A stretch of DNA of 63,517 nucleotides, the filler included, from Octopus bimaculoides (lineage: Eukaryota): assembly GCF_001194135.2 (NCBI RefSeq). It is 5 parts of 4 records of this genome, joined end to end, with 100 filler letters (N's around TTAATTAATTAA, not from the genome) between each part and the next. Parts side by side here need not be neighbours in the genome. Positions count along the whole stretch, not along the records: positions 1 to 22,883 come from NC_068990.1; 4 more parts are not named here. One strand, written 5' to 3'. The position numbers and the translations under genes are program-made. A model generated the notes under the pieces. It was not told the DNA's origin and ran no database searches. It saw only the letters and a program-made list of their open reading frames with translations. Positions within the stretch are counted from its first letter, which is position 1. Each line of letters starts with the position of its first letter. Below, piece after piece: positions 1-12,379 of the stretch.

Positions 1-1231
1 ATATATATATATATATATACAAACATATCTATCTATCTATGTATATATACACACACACAGACTTTTATTAAAGCCGAAAAAAATTTCACAAACTTACTAA
101 GAGTTCCATGTTCCTACTCGCCGGACAGGTTTCATTAGAATCTAGATGCGTCAACATGTAGGAGGCCAGGACTGGATAGGTACGATAGCACTGAGATCAC
201 AGTAAGGTACAAACAAGTGTCTATTAGTAGCGTAATGCAGGTATATATATAAATTGCTACCGAAACAGCTGTAGTAAAATTTAAACCCTATTTTTGTTCT
301 TCTTTTATATATACATAAATATACTTATATCTTTCTTTGAGAGGCACGTACCGTCAATAATTACTCAGGGTAGGCAGTTGGCGGCCTTTATGTAGTAAAA
401 CACACAAAAAGTAAGCGAAACACACGCGTAACTGAGTTGAAGGCAAATTTACTTCTGCCTTTATAACACGTAAAGAAAATGCTGTTGTAGGAGTGTACGC
501 AGCGCATGTACTACAGCAGTACTATGCATAGCTTAAATGCCGAAACTGCAAAGCAGGGGCGAATTATGCCTACCTAATATACAAAAGAATAAAATATTTT
601 GCATTTTATGCATAGTAATCAGTGTAACCTTCATAATTTTATTTAATTAGGTGCATATTTTGCCATAAAAGGAAAATGTTGCTATCGATCTATTTTATTC
701 AATGTTGACACGTCCCTGATTTCTTTATATGCTATCTAACGTGAATGTATTGCTAGAACGGTGTATTACTAAAGCATTCAGCTTGAGATTTTCCTCTTAT
801 GCACCCGTAAATTTTAACTAGCACAGCCATATCGTTAGTGGAAAAGAATTTTGCCAGCATGGGCGTTGGAACGCTGAAATCACATAATCTACTAGTTCCA
901 CCACCATGTCTACCTAAATAGTACATTTATATGCGTGCGTATTTATGTATGTATGTATGTATGTATGTATGTATGTATGTATGTATGTGATACACCTATC
1001 GAATTTCGCTATTTCCTACCTGGAATTTCTGCGGCAACGAAATTTCACTCTCAGTGGAGTCTCCAATTCCTGAGTATAGATAATATAGATTGTCACGTGC
1101 TACGTTCGCTGAAGTTATACACCCGTCCAAATTAACAATTGAACGAAATGTAGATTCTGATATTCTGAAATTTCGATTGGCATACATATGACGTACATAC
1201 AGATATTCTTTCTTTCTCTATTTTGCACACT

Positions 1232-1233
<2 letters not shown>

Positions 1234-1324
<91 letters not shown>

Positions 1325-1378
1325 TCTCTCTCTTCCTCTCTTTCCGTCTCTCTCTCTCTGTCTCTTTGTCTCTCTTTT
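1234..1378. repeat. (CT)n microsatellite
   Basis: Read directly. Confidence 0.95.
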
Positions 1379-1661
1379 TCATATACATGCTCGCACGCAC
1401 ACATACACGTGCGCCCGCAGACACATGTTTTATATTTTCTAAAACAAATTACAAAGAGGAACTGTAACAAAATCTTCTAATCTTTCTAATATTTTCAGGT
1501 TTAATTCATGTTCCTTTGCTTAACGATTTCACTACGTGGACTGTACTCAACCGCAATATTAAATGTATAATAATAAATAGGAAAATGCCCACACAATGTA
1601 TTGTAACTTACGCTGTCTTTCTCACGTAATTATAGACGCCTATTTTACTATCGCTTTTAGA

Positions 1662-2005
1662 TCACGCATGGCTCATTGTTTGGAGCGTCGGGTTCACAAT
1701 CATGAGGTAGTGAGTTCGATTCCCTGACCGGGTTGAGTGTTGTGTTCTTGGGCAACACACTTTACTTCACGTTGCTCCAGCTCACTCAGCTGTAGAAATG
1801 AGTTGCGACGTCACAGGTGCCAAACTTTATCGGCGTTTGTCTTTCCGTTGGAAAAGTCAGTGGTATCGAGAGAGGAGGCTTGTATGCATAGGTGGTATGC
1901 TGTTATGCTGGTCTTCCATAAACAAGCTTGCCCGGACTTGTACCTCGGAGGGTAGCTTTCTAGGTGAAATTCCATGGTCATTCATGACCGAAGGAGGTTT
2001 TTACT
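1662..2005 (+). mobile_element. tRNA-derived SINE (CORE-like body)
   Basis: A-box-like tggctcattg and B-box gagttcgattcc, followed by CORE-like gtgttcttgggcaacacactttacttcacgttgctccag. Confidence 0.7.
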
Positions 2006-2470
2006 TAGTAGATAAAGGAAGCACCCATAAACATTTCCAAGGAGTCAGAGACAAGTGGGAGGAATGGAGTCTTTCTTCTTAGACCACGATCTAGCTTAAA
2101 TGCTTGCAAGAGAATACGTCCCATTAAGAGACAAATTGAAAATTCAGTCTATCGCCTCTCAAAAAGAACAATCCTTCGACAGGCCTCCACGCAATTTTTG
2201 ACAAACAAATTTGACTCGCAAGGACTTTTGTAACTTGTAAGAAATGTATTAAAGGATAGTGAATTTGAAGACTCCTTAGAGCGTCGAATAAAATGCCTCG
2301 TGACGTTTAGTGCGTTTTCTTGTGTCATGATTTCAAATTTCCGCCGAGGTCACCTTTGCTTTCCTGAGTCGATGAAAGAAAATAGTAATCAATCGAATCA
2401 AGAACTATGGTTGCTATTACACTACTCTCCGTCATACGATGTAATGTACGTACAAGCATCATAATAAACT

Positions 2471-2685
2471 GATTTCAAATTTTGTCAAAAGACCAGCAAC
2501 CTTAAGGTAGAGGTTAAATCTATTGCATCGGTCCCAATATTCAACTGGTACTTATTTTACCGACCCCAAAAGAATGAAAGGCAAGGACAGCTTCGACGGA
2601 ATTTGAACTCAGAACGTAAAGGCGGACGAAATGCTGCTACGCATTCTTGCCCGGTGCGCTAACGGTTCTGCCAGCGCGCCGCCTT
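2471..2685 (-). mobile_element. SINE family A copy
   Basis: Reverse complement of the aaggcggcgagctggcagaatcgttagc...gagttcaaattcc...gcctttcatcctttcggggtcgataaaataagtaccag unit that recurs more than 15 times in the window. Confidence 0.8.
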
Positions 2686-3384
2686 TACATGCATGATAAT
2701 ATATTCCTGGCTTGTAACTATATGACATGGCTTGTAACCATTTGACATTGTTCTAAATTCTTCACGGTAATAAGTAAGATTCTAGTTAAATGCTTGTAGT
2801 TATTTATAAGATAAGTATCATGCACTTTTACCGAACGAACTCGGAATCTTTCAAGTTTCGCTTAATAAGGAAGCGAAATCTAAAGAAAATTCTTATTTAG
2901 TGATTAAATTTACTATTGTTTGTAAGCCACCGAGCAAGCAAACCAAAGTAAAGCAATTCATTAGAATGTAGCAAATCTATGTAACTAGTTAGATTATTCG
3001 TTGGAAATTCAACTGAATATATTATTATATATACAAGATATCTACTGAAGTTGAAATAGTCAAAGCAAACGATGTGGAAGTACATAAAATTTTATTCGAA
3101 TTTGAAAGCATATCGACTGGCATTTGTGAGCAAATCAAAAGATGATCAATTGAAAGACTATTTAGAAACACAGTTATAGCGCTCTACCATAAAAGATTTT
3201 ACGCTTCCGACGTTGAATAACGGTCTGCTACAACTCCGCTGATGCTAACAATTGTGCGTTAGAGGATTTAATTAAAACGGCCACTTTACGAACATTGATT
3301 AAAAGACTGCTCCTAGAAACATCACCACCAACACCACTACCATCCATTACTAATAATAATAAAAATACAACAACAACAACATCA

Positions 3385-3418
<34 letters not shown>

Positions 3419-4838
3419 CTACGCAGCGCATAACGTGCAACCATAGCTACGTCGTCGTTGAAGCTAATTTCTTCCTTCCAATAGACGACTATCTCCTCCT
3501 CATAAGTTAACACACACTTTTAAGTTGTGTCCAGGCTAGTTTTGGCTGAAAGCCAAGCAAGTCAACTCCGACATCGACAAACACATTAATCGTTTCAGAA
3601 ATTCTAACAGTTCTGAGCTGACATCGCGTGAAGACGTTATATTCACCTTGTTTACAATGAATTAAATACAGTGATTAAAGAAATCTATTCACACAACACT
3701 TCCACATTAGCTTTCCTCGCTTTTCTTACGGTTTTTGTTGTTGTTGTTGTTGTTGTTGTTGGCTTAAGTCTATTTTTTGTTTTTGTTTTGTATTTGGTTG
3801 GACATGAGGTCCTTTTTACATTTAAGGGAGCAACAATAATACTTTTTGATGTCCATTCTTTTCCTGTAATGCGGTCAGCGATTCTTAAAGGGTCATTTAG
3901 TGAGATAACCCTTAATTACACTTGTGCCAGAAAACGTTAATGGATCGTTGGACTTGTAACCCTTAATGGATTGTTGTGTCATCGCCTAAGCCTTTGCTTC
4001 CATGTTGGATGTCAAGACAAAACAAACTTGGAGAATTTTATTCCACTCCAAGATGTTGTTTCTAACAGAAGACCAAACCGTTTTAGGTGCGACGTTCAGT
4101 CTCGTTGAATGGAATTTAGGTGCGACGTTCAGTCTCGTTGAATACTAATCTATTACGAGTACTTAACTAAACCAACGAGGAAGCTTTTTTGTAGTCAGCT
4201 GACCTGCGATAAATAAGCGCTAAACCTCTCTCTAATCACAACCTACTGCATTTTTGTAATCCTTACACACCTTTAAAGGAAGACATAATAGCTAGGGCCA
4301 GAATACTCTTGACCTAAGGTTCATACAGAGTGGTCCTGATATTAAGCAACAATAACAACAGCAGCAGTTTGTAATTATTGATAGAACCATAATGGAGGAA
4401 AAGCAAACACAAGCATAGAATGACTTGAAGTCGAAATGCAAAGGATTGTAACTCAAAACTGGACGGTTTTCGAATTCAGTCTGAAATTTCTTTACATCCA
4501 CATCCGAGAGATTCCACGTGTATGTCGTAAGTTTGCCGGCGGTGTTGTTATTAATTTAGCTTCTCATCAAAGTGGTTCTTTAAAAATCACAAACTGGATT
4601 ATAGGAAAATAATGAACATCAAACAGTTTTACTGTTGCTCCTTTAAACGTAAAAAGGACCTTATGTCCGTAGCATAGCCCATTGAGCAAATATTTCCTAC
4701 TTTCGAGTGGGACAAATTTCCTTGAATGAAGTTTAGCATACGGAATTTATAAAGAAATCTGATGTTTTGTGGTTGTAGATTTAATGCGTTGATCAGTGTA
4801 GCCGCTTCATCTGGCTCTTTGTGTTTTCCACAGAGTCT

Positions 4839-5150
4839 TCTCTTTCTCTTTCGCCCTTTCAAAGCCTAGCCAGGATCATGGGCCCGGTTTCCCGGTTTCT
4901 ATGGCGTATGTATTCCCCCCCAGCTGGACGGGACGCCAGTCCATCGCAGCGTTACTCAAGAAACAGGAAGAAAGAGTGAGAGAAAGTTGGGGCGAAAGAG
5001 TACAACAGGGGTCGCCACCACCCCCTGCCGGAGCCTCGTGGAGCTTAGGTGTTTCGCTCAATAAACACACACAACGCCCGGTCTTGGAATCGAAACCGCG
5101 ACCCTCCGACCACGAGTCCGCTGCCCTAACCACTGGGCCATTGCGCCTCC
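4839..5150 (-). mobile_element. Intact tRNA-derived SINE with 14-bp target-site duplication
   Basis: Head GGAGGCGCAATGGCCCAGTGGTTAGGGCAGCGGACTC...GGTTTCGATTCC; body contains ctgcgatggactggcgtcccgtccag. Flanked by identical tttccacagagtct at 4825-4838 and 5151-5164. A related head occurs at 42834-42927. Confidence 0.85.
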
Positions 5151-5504
5151 TTTCCACAGAGTCTAGTCTGTTATAATTATTCGATCCAGGTTTCCAACCT
5201 GATGATAAGTTTCTCCTTTCTTCCTACTATTCTGCCTCTCACTAAATATGCCTCTCACTATTCTGCCTCTCACCAATTCATTGCATATTATAAGCACATA
5301 CAACCGAGCAAGCAAAAATTGTGTGGACAAGTCTACTATATTCAATCAATGTTAGTTCCAAGATTAGAATCTTTTAAAATTACTCACGTCGCCAAATCAT
5401 AGGTTGAGAAAAACTTTCAGCACTACTTGCATTAAAATAACCTACTTAAGTCTAAAATCGCTAACACAATATCATTTCTTATTAATTAAAACATAAATTC
5501 GAAA

Positions 5505-5651
5505 ATAGTGTGGCCATGCTGTAAGAAATTTGCTTCCCAACAACATATTTTCAGGTTCAGTCGCATTGCATGGAACGTTGGGAAAGTGTCTTTTACTATA
5601 GCTCCGAACCGAGTAAAGCTTTGTAAAAGGATTTGGTAGATAGACACTGAC

Positions 5652-5680
<29 letters not shown>
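5505..5680 (+). mobile_element. SINE family B head followed by (CA)n
   Basis: Degenerate gtggctgtgtggtaagaagcttgcttcccaacc...ccttgggcaagtgtcttctactatagc...gatttggtagacggaaactg unit. Confidence 0.65.
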
Positions 5681-5700
<20 letters not shown>

Positions 5701-7069
5701 TTATATATATTGAGATTTCTCATAGGCATGGAGATACTAATAGCCTGGTGTTAGAACTCAATGTACCTATGCTTCAAAATAAAGCGCTAGGCAAGTACAG
5801 AGCGTAATATGAAATTGAATAAGGGCCAACAGAACATGAATTACGTGATATCAACTTCGTTAGCTTACAGTTGTTTCTGTTACAAGATACTTAGAGCTGA
5901 GCTGAGTAATTGTGTATTGCCTTATAGCTTCTTTGCTTTCTGTTAGAAGCTCCGAAGAAACTATATGGTGATACAGAAGCACTCCGATCTGAGTGCATAG
6001 CATCATATAGCAGAAACACTTGTGAGCTAATGAAATTGATTACGTAATTTTTGTTTCCTTGTCATTTATTTTATTTCAAATTAACGGTTCAGCAAGGACG
6101 AAGAAATAAATAAGTAGCTGACATAAAAGTAAGTGTCGATTTGCTCGACTAATCTTTTCAAGTTTTCAAGGCGGTGTCCCAGCATGGCCACTGTCCAATT
6201 ACTGAAATAAGTAAAGGATAAGAGATAAAATTACAAGAATACAAAGAAAATTAATACTGTAAAACTTGAATGTCTAGTGAATGGCCATTGTCAAGTAAAA
6301 TGAATGATTTAACCGATGGCCAAATCTTCATTGCAGACTCAGATTGCTGGGAGTTTTCGCACAGCGAACATCATTAGTCCTTTCTATTAAACTTACCGGT
6401 AGAATGAAATTATAGTTTAATTTTAGTCTATGGGGTCTGACTACAGTCAAATTAAGATGTGGAAGGAATAGAGGTGCAAAGTAACAATGAAACAAATGCT
6501 ATTGCCAAAAATGTGATCCAATTGTATCCAGATGTTTAGCCTTTGGTGATGAGGCTATTCATATAACAATCAAAATAAATAAGTGATGTAAAATGGTTTC
6601 AGCTGATAATCAAACAGGCGGTAAGAAGCCAAGCGAGACAAAAATTTGCCGATAGCTGTTTTTCTTTAAAAGGTGTTTAGTTTGTTTACTTTGAATCTAA
6701 GTGATGTAGCCAGAGCAGTGTTGTTAAAAGGCATTGCGTTTAAAAAGCAGCAGTAAGTCACTCTATCGTAATTATCTCTTTGGCTCGTTCCATATTTGCT
6801 TTACGTTTTGTGATTGGTTAAAACTACGCCAACTATTAATTTGTCTCTCATTTGTTCAAAGGCACTTAAAACAAAATGTTAATTAGCGTTCTCCCACTTT
6901 TAACGTTCTTAGGCCTGGCAGTGATTGTTTACATTTAATTTCATTTTTATTTAGATCATTTAAAAATACTTACGACAAAGGAAACTAAGGCCGTGATGTT
7001 TATTTCGTTTCCAAGCGAAATGTTTCAGTCGTGATTCAATTTATACCACAGACTAACTTTTTTCTCTTT

Positions 7070-7330
7070 ACTCTTTACTCTTTACTCTTTACTCTTTTAC
7101 TCTTTTACTTGTTTCAATCATTTGACTGCGGTCATGCTGGGGCACCACCTTTAGTCGAACAAATCGACCCCAGAATTTATTCTTTGTAAGCCTAGTACTT
7201 ATTCTATCAGTCTCTTTTTGCCGAACCGCTAAGTTATAGGGACGTAAACACAGCAGCATCGGTTGTCAAGCGAAGTTGGGGGGGGGGACAAACACAGACA
7301 CACAAACATATACACACACATACATATATA
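7070..7330 (-). mobile_element. SINE family B 3' half with (GAGTAAA)n tail
   Basis: Reverse complement of gtgtttgtcccccc...gcttgacaaccgatgctg...gatagaataagtactagg...ctggggtcgatttg...ccagcatggccgcagtcaaatgattgaaacaagtaaaagagtaaaag. Confidence 0.75.
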
Positions 7331-8053
7331 TATATGGAAAGCCAGTCCGTCATAAGTTCACCCATTTACACCTAAGTGATCTAGAGCAACGTGAAAAGAA
7401 GTGCTTTGTCAAAAAACAAAAATTTAAAAAACAAAAATAAAAAAACAAAAAAAAAAACACTGCCGATTCTGAGGATCAAAACGGCGATCTTACGAAGTTG
7501 ACAAACAGACAGATGGATAGATAATGAGCAAACCAATTCATTTACAGGTGATGTGGCTGCTATTTCTGACATAACAAGTGACTGTATGAAGGTTCAGTCG
7601 TTGGTGTACATGTGGTGGAGACCGCGCCGGTCAGTTTTGCTTCTTTTAATACAAAAATACCAGGGTTTTTTTTAAATTTTATATACTTGGAATACAACAC
7701 TCAATTATTTTATGGTTTCGGAAGAAACAGACCTTGTATTTTTAAACGAAGTATTTATAATTTGATTTTTAAATAATTTCATAGTGTTAAAATGCACTGG
7801 AACAGAAAAATCAGTAAAGACTCACACAAAACCTTGTGGCAATTATTATCAATACATTACGAACTGAGTTCAAATATCGCTGTTATTAATTTTCACTTGT
7901 CGTTTTTTGTGGTATTAGATGTGGCTGATAATATCGAACCTAACCAACTTTCCACCCTAATTGCTTGTGATATTTTATATTTGCTAGAAATCTGTACTTT
8001 TTAACTTTTGAACTAAATGTCTTATGGGAAATTATAGTCTTCGGCAGAATGTA

Positions 8054-8286
8054 CACCTTCACTTCAGCTTACGATCTATGCGACTTACGACCTCAAAAAA
8101 ATAGAGTACGTATTATGTATTTATCACATTATGTACACTAATCATGGATAAAATGTTTGTGTTTTATATTTTCATAACCCGTTTGAATGGAAATAGTGTT
8201 GAAAAACATAAACCCGACATACAACCAGATCGACTTACGACCAGCCAGTTGGAACGGAACTTTGGTCGTAAATCGAGGAGAAGGTG
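8054..8286. mobile_element. Tigger/pogo-like (Tc1/mariner) MITE
   Basis: Imperfect TIRs CACCTTCACTTCAGCTTACGA / CACCTTCTCCTCGATTTACGA (16/21 identical). TA on the left (8052-53) and CA (decayed TA) on the right. Internal cgacttacgacc repeats and cggaacgga are typical of Tigger-type ends. Confidence 0.6.
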
Positions 8287-8463
8287 CAAAATAATTCCAT
8301 TTTGGAACTGTAAATCTCCAAGCAGATAAATCTAGAAATAAAAATATTTACACGCTTTTCTTTGTAGTCTTAATGACTTCGAGATTCACTGTTCCGAATT
8401 TGTTTGTTTTTTTTTATCTAGAATCAATTCTAGTTTTTTTCGTATTTTTACATTTCCTATCTA

Positions 8464-8665
8464 GAGGGTAGCGAGTTCTCTAAATTGTTAGCACGTCGGA
8501 CAAAATGCTGCAAAGCATTTTGTCCGTGTTCACTCGTTCTCAGCTCACATTTCGCTGAGGTCGACTTTGCTTTTCATCCTACCGAAATCGATCAAATAAG
8601 TACCAATGAAACAGTGGCATCAATGTTATCGATTAATCCCATTTCACCCCATCCCCACAATTCCA
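8464..8665 (+). mobile_element. SINE family A copy
   Basis: gttagcacgtcggacaaaatgc...gctgaggtcgactttgcttttcatcct...aaataagtacca. Confidence 0.7.
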
Positions 8666-8925
8666 AGCCTTGTGCCTGTACTAGAAACGACTATTTCTGC
8701 AGTCTTGACATGGTTAGGTTCACGTGGTACGAGCTATTGCTGTCAAGGGTCATTGTTAGCGTATGGGAGAAAAATGAACGTGTTTGTCTGGCGAAGAAAT
8801 ATTTTGCCTGGAGGACTTCTAAGATGTGGCAACACAAAACAAAAGAGAATTTATATTTTAATTGCTCTGGTGAACCTGGTGGAAAATCTTGCATATCTGT
8901 ACACAAGTACAAAGTGCTGAATATG

Positions 8926-8974
<49 letters not shown>

Positions 8975-9100
8975 CGTGCGTGTGTGTGTTTGTGTGTGTG
9001 TGTGTATGTGTGTGTGTGTGCTTATGAGTGTTTGTGAAGTTAAGTGTGTTGTATTGTTTGTGGAAAGAATATGAGTAATACACACGCACACACATACAGT

Positions 9101-9131
<31 letters not shown>

Positions 9132-9151
9132 ATATATATGTGCGTGATAGG

Positions 9152-9182
<31 letters not shown>

Positions 9183-9195
9183 AGAGAGAGAGAGG

Positions 9196-9233
<38 letters not shown>

Positions 9234-9626
9234 ACGAAATGCATATGCATATATGTATGCAAGTGTATATATGCCCACATATATTACATGCGTATTTATA
9301 TACATACATTTATGCATACATTCAGGTATGAACGTATGGTCATATATATATATATATATANNNNNNNNNNNNNNNNNNNNNNNNNNNNNNNNNNNNNNNN
9401 NNNNNNNNNNNNNNNNNNNNNNNNNNNNNNNNNNNNNNNNNNNNNNNNNNNNNNNNNNNNNNNNNNNNNNNNNNNNNNNNNNNNNNNNNNNNNNNNNNNN
9501 NNNNNNNNNNNNNNNNNNNNNNNNNNNNNNNNNNNNNNNNNNNNNNNNNNNNNNNNNNNNNNNNNNNNNNNNNNNNNNNNNNNNNNNNNNNNNNNNNNNN
9601 NNNNNNNNNNNNNNNNNNNNNNNNNN

Positions 9627-9669
<43 letters not shown>

Positions 9670-10102
9670 TGCACACATACATATCCCAAGAATGAGGAAT
9701 TATATATTACAATGCTTGTCATAAGATGGCAGGCATATATATTCGTAGCCAGCGAAGATTTGAGCGAAATTTGTAAGATCAATACAGCAATAAAGATGAA
9801 CTTACAGGAAGTTTTGCTCTGTCTACTGTTGGTAAGTTTCCCAAGACTAGACAAAGAAAATGCACGGGTCGCCAAACTTTTACAAATACATGTCACTTAT
9901 CTATACCGTCTGTTTACTTCACCCACTCCATCGCCGACCGTCTTTCATTCATTCTGTCAGTTATCGTTCGCTTAGTATCTCTCTAATAATGCAACTAATC
10001 TTTTTATCTTTCTGTCGCTCTCTCGCTCACTCGCTCTCTCTCTTGTACTCTCCCTTTTTCAATCTGTTTCAGAGAATACGCATGTGTGTGGCGGTGGTTT
10101 GG

Positions 10103-10151
<49 letters not shown>

Positions 10152-10940
10152 NNNNNNNNNNNNNNNNNNNNNNNNNNNNNNNNNNNNNNNNNNNNNNNNN
10201 NNNNNNNNNNNNNNNNNNNNNNNNNNNNNNNNNNNNNNNNNNNNNNNNNNNNNNNNNNNNNNNNNNNNNNNNNNNNNNNNNNNNNNNNNNNNNNNNNNNN
10301 NNNNNNNNNNNNNNNNNNNNNNNNNNNNNNNNNNNNNNNNNNNNNNNNNNNNNNNNNNNNNNNNNNNNNNNNNNNNNNNNNNNNNNNNNNNNNNNNNNNN
10401 NNNNNNNNNNNNNNNNNNNNNNNNNNNNNNNNNNNNNNNNNNNNNNNNNNNNNNNNNNNNNNNNNNNNNNNNNNNNNNNNNNNNNNNNNNNNNNNNNNNN
10501 NNNNNNNNNNNNNNNNNNNNNNNNNNNNNNNNNNNNNNNNNNNNNNNNNNNNNNNNNNNNNNNNNNNNNNNNNNNNNNNNNNNNNNNNNNNNNNNNNNNN
10601 NNNNNNNNNNNNNNNNNNNNNNNNNNNNNNNNNNNNNNNNNNNNNNNNNNNNNNNNNNNNNNNNNNNNNNNNNNNNNNNNNNNNNNNNNNNNNNNNNNNN
10701 NNNNNNNNNNNNNNNNNNNNNNNNNNNNNNNNNNNNNNNNNNNNNNNNNNNNNNNNNNNNNNNNNNNNNNNNNNNNNNNNNNNNNNNNNNNNNNNNNNNN
10801 NNNNNNNNNNNNNNNNNNNNNNNNNNNNNNNNNNNNNNNNNNNNNNNNNNNNNNNNNNNNNNNNNNNNNNNNNNNNNNNNNNNNNNNNNNNNNNNNNNNN
10901 NNNNNNNNNNNNNNNNNNNNNNNNNNNNNNNNNNNNNNNN

Positions 10941-11033
10941 AAGAAGAAGAAGAAGAAGAAGAAGAAGAAGAAGAAGAAGAAGAAGAAGAAGAAGAAGAAG
11001 AAGAAGAAGAAGAAGAAGAAGAAGAAGAAGAAG

Positions 11034-11066
<33 letters not shown>
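10941..11066. repeat. (AAG)n(AAC)n compound microsatellite
   Basis: Read directly; abuts an N gap. Confidence 0.95.
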
Positions 11067-11070
11067 AATC

Positions 11071-11669
11071 CTTTCTACTGTAAGAACAAGGCCTGAAATT
11101 TGGTGGGACGGGGATAGTCGATTACATCGACCCCAGTGTTTCACTGGTACTTAAATTTTCGACCCAGTAAGGATGAAAGTCGACCTCGGCAGAATTTGAG
11201 CTCACAACGTAAAGACGAACGAAATGCCGCTAAGCATTTTACCCGACATGCTAACGATCCTGACAATTTGCCGCCTTTGTTTCAAAGAAATTTCGAGGGA
11301 GGGGTAAGTCGATTACATTGACCTCGGAGCTCAGCTTGTACTTATTTTATCGAGCCCGAAAGGATGAAAGACAAAGTTGACCTCGGCGGAATTTGAACTC
11401 AGATAATGAAGATGGACAAAATGTCGCTAAGCCTTTCACCCGGCGTGCTAACGATTCAGCCAGCTCGCCGCCTTAATATGAATAATCCTAAGATTTTGTG
11501 GGAGGGGACTAGTCGATTACATCGACTCCAATATTCAACTGGTACTTATTTTATCGACCCCGAGATGATGAATGGCAAAGTTCATCTCGACGGAATTTGT
11601 ACTCAGAACGTAAAGAGGAACGAGACACCGCTAAGTATTTGCTTAACGATTCCGCTAGCTCGCCGCCTT
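11071..11669 (-). mobile_element. Three tandem SINE family A copies (11071-11276, 11285-11474, 11483-11669)
   Basis: Three consecutive same-orientation units, each ending (plus strand) in cgccgcctt. Confidence 0.8.
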
Positions 11670-12189
11670 GATATTAATAATAGTAACAATAACAAGCAAG
11701 ACAACAATGCATGCACACAAATATAACATATATGACTGCGCACGCGCGTATGTGAGCTGATTCTTAGATCCAAGAATTTTAATTTCTGTCGAATTGCGTT
11801 GTTTCTCTACGCGCAAGACCAATCTTTGCGTGAAATAGTTATTTAACAAAGACAACAAGAAAAACTGCGTGACAGTGGTCTTAGACATGGCATTGCAGAC
11901 CACCATGCAATTTATTTTATTCTTCTCTTCCGTTTTATTTTGACATGCGCATTGTGTTTTTGTTCTTCCCTATCGTTTAACGAATTCAGTGTGCACATGC
12001 GCATTGTGTTTATTTTCTTCCGGTTCCTACTTAAAACCGTTTGCAGACCACGACCATCTCACGAACGCAATTCGTGTGATAGTTGTAAAACAAGGAAGAG
12101 ATAGAAGAGGGTGTTGTTGTTGTGAGATTTTACATTTTTAGCGTTTTTCTTCAAACTTCTGTTTTCATTCTACTTCGAGAAACGTCAGT

Positions 12190-12232
12190 TTCACTGATGA
12201 TGGAGTCACATCAACTGAAACAAATGTCTGCC
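12190..12232 (+). ncRNA. Degenerate type-I hammerhead-like motif
   Basis: ca-CTGATGA-tgg-AGT-cacatca-ACT-GAAAC-aaat-GTC-tg. Both core boxes and a GUC triplet occur in correct order, but stems I and II are weak. Confidence 0.35.
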
Positions 12233-12379
12233 TCAGTTACCCACGTTCGTGTTTTTATTTTCAACTTTTGCAGTCGTTTTGAAGATCAAAGCAGCTTAAG
12301 AGAGTTGTGTTGATGGAAGTGCTCTAGTTTTTTGATGTCACAACGATGATGTGTCTAAGTTTCACAATTGTAGAATAAC

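Noticed and set aside
8485-9027. 180-aa plus-strand ORF
   Set aside because: Starts with TTG inside a family A SINE and ends in (TG)n; no recognisable domain.
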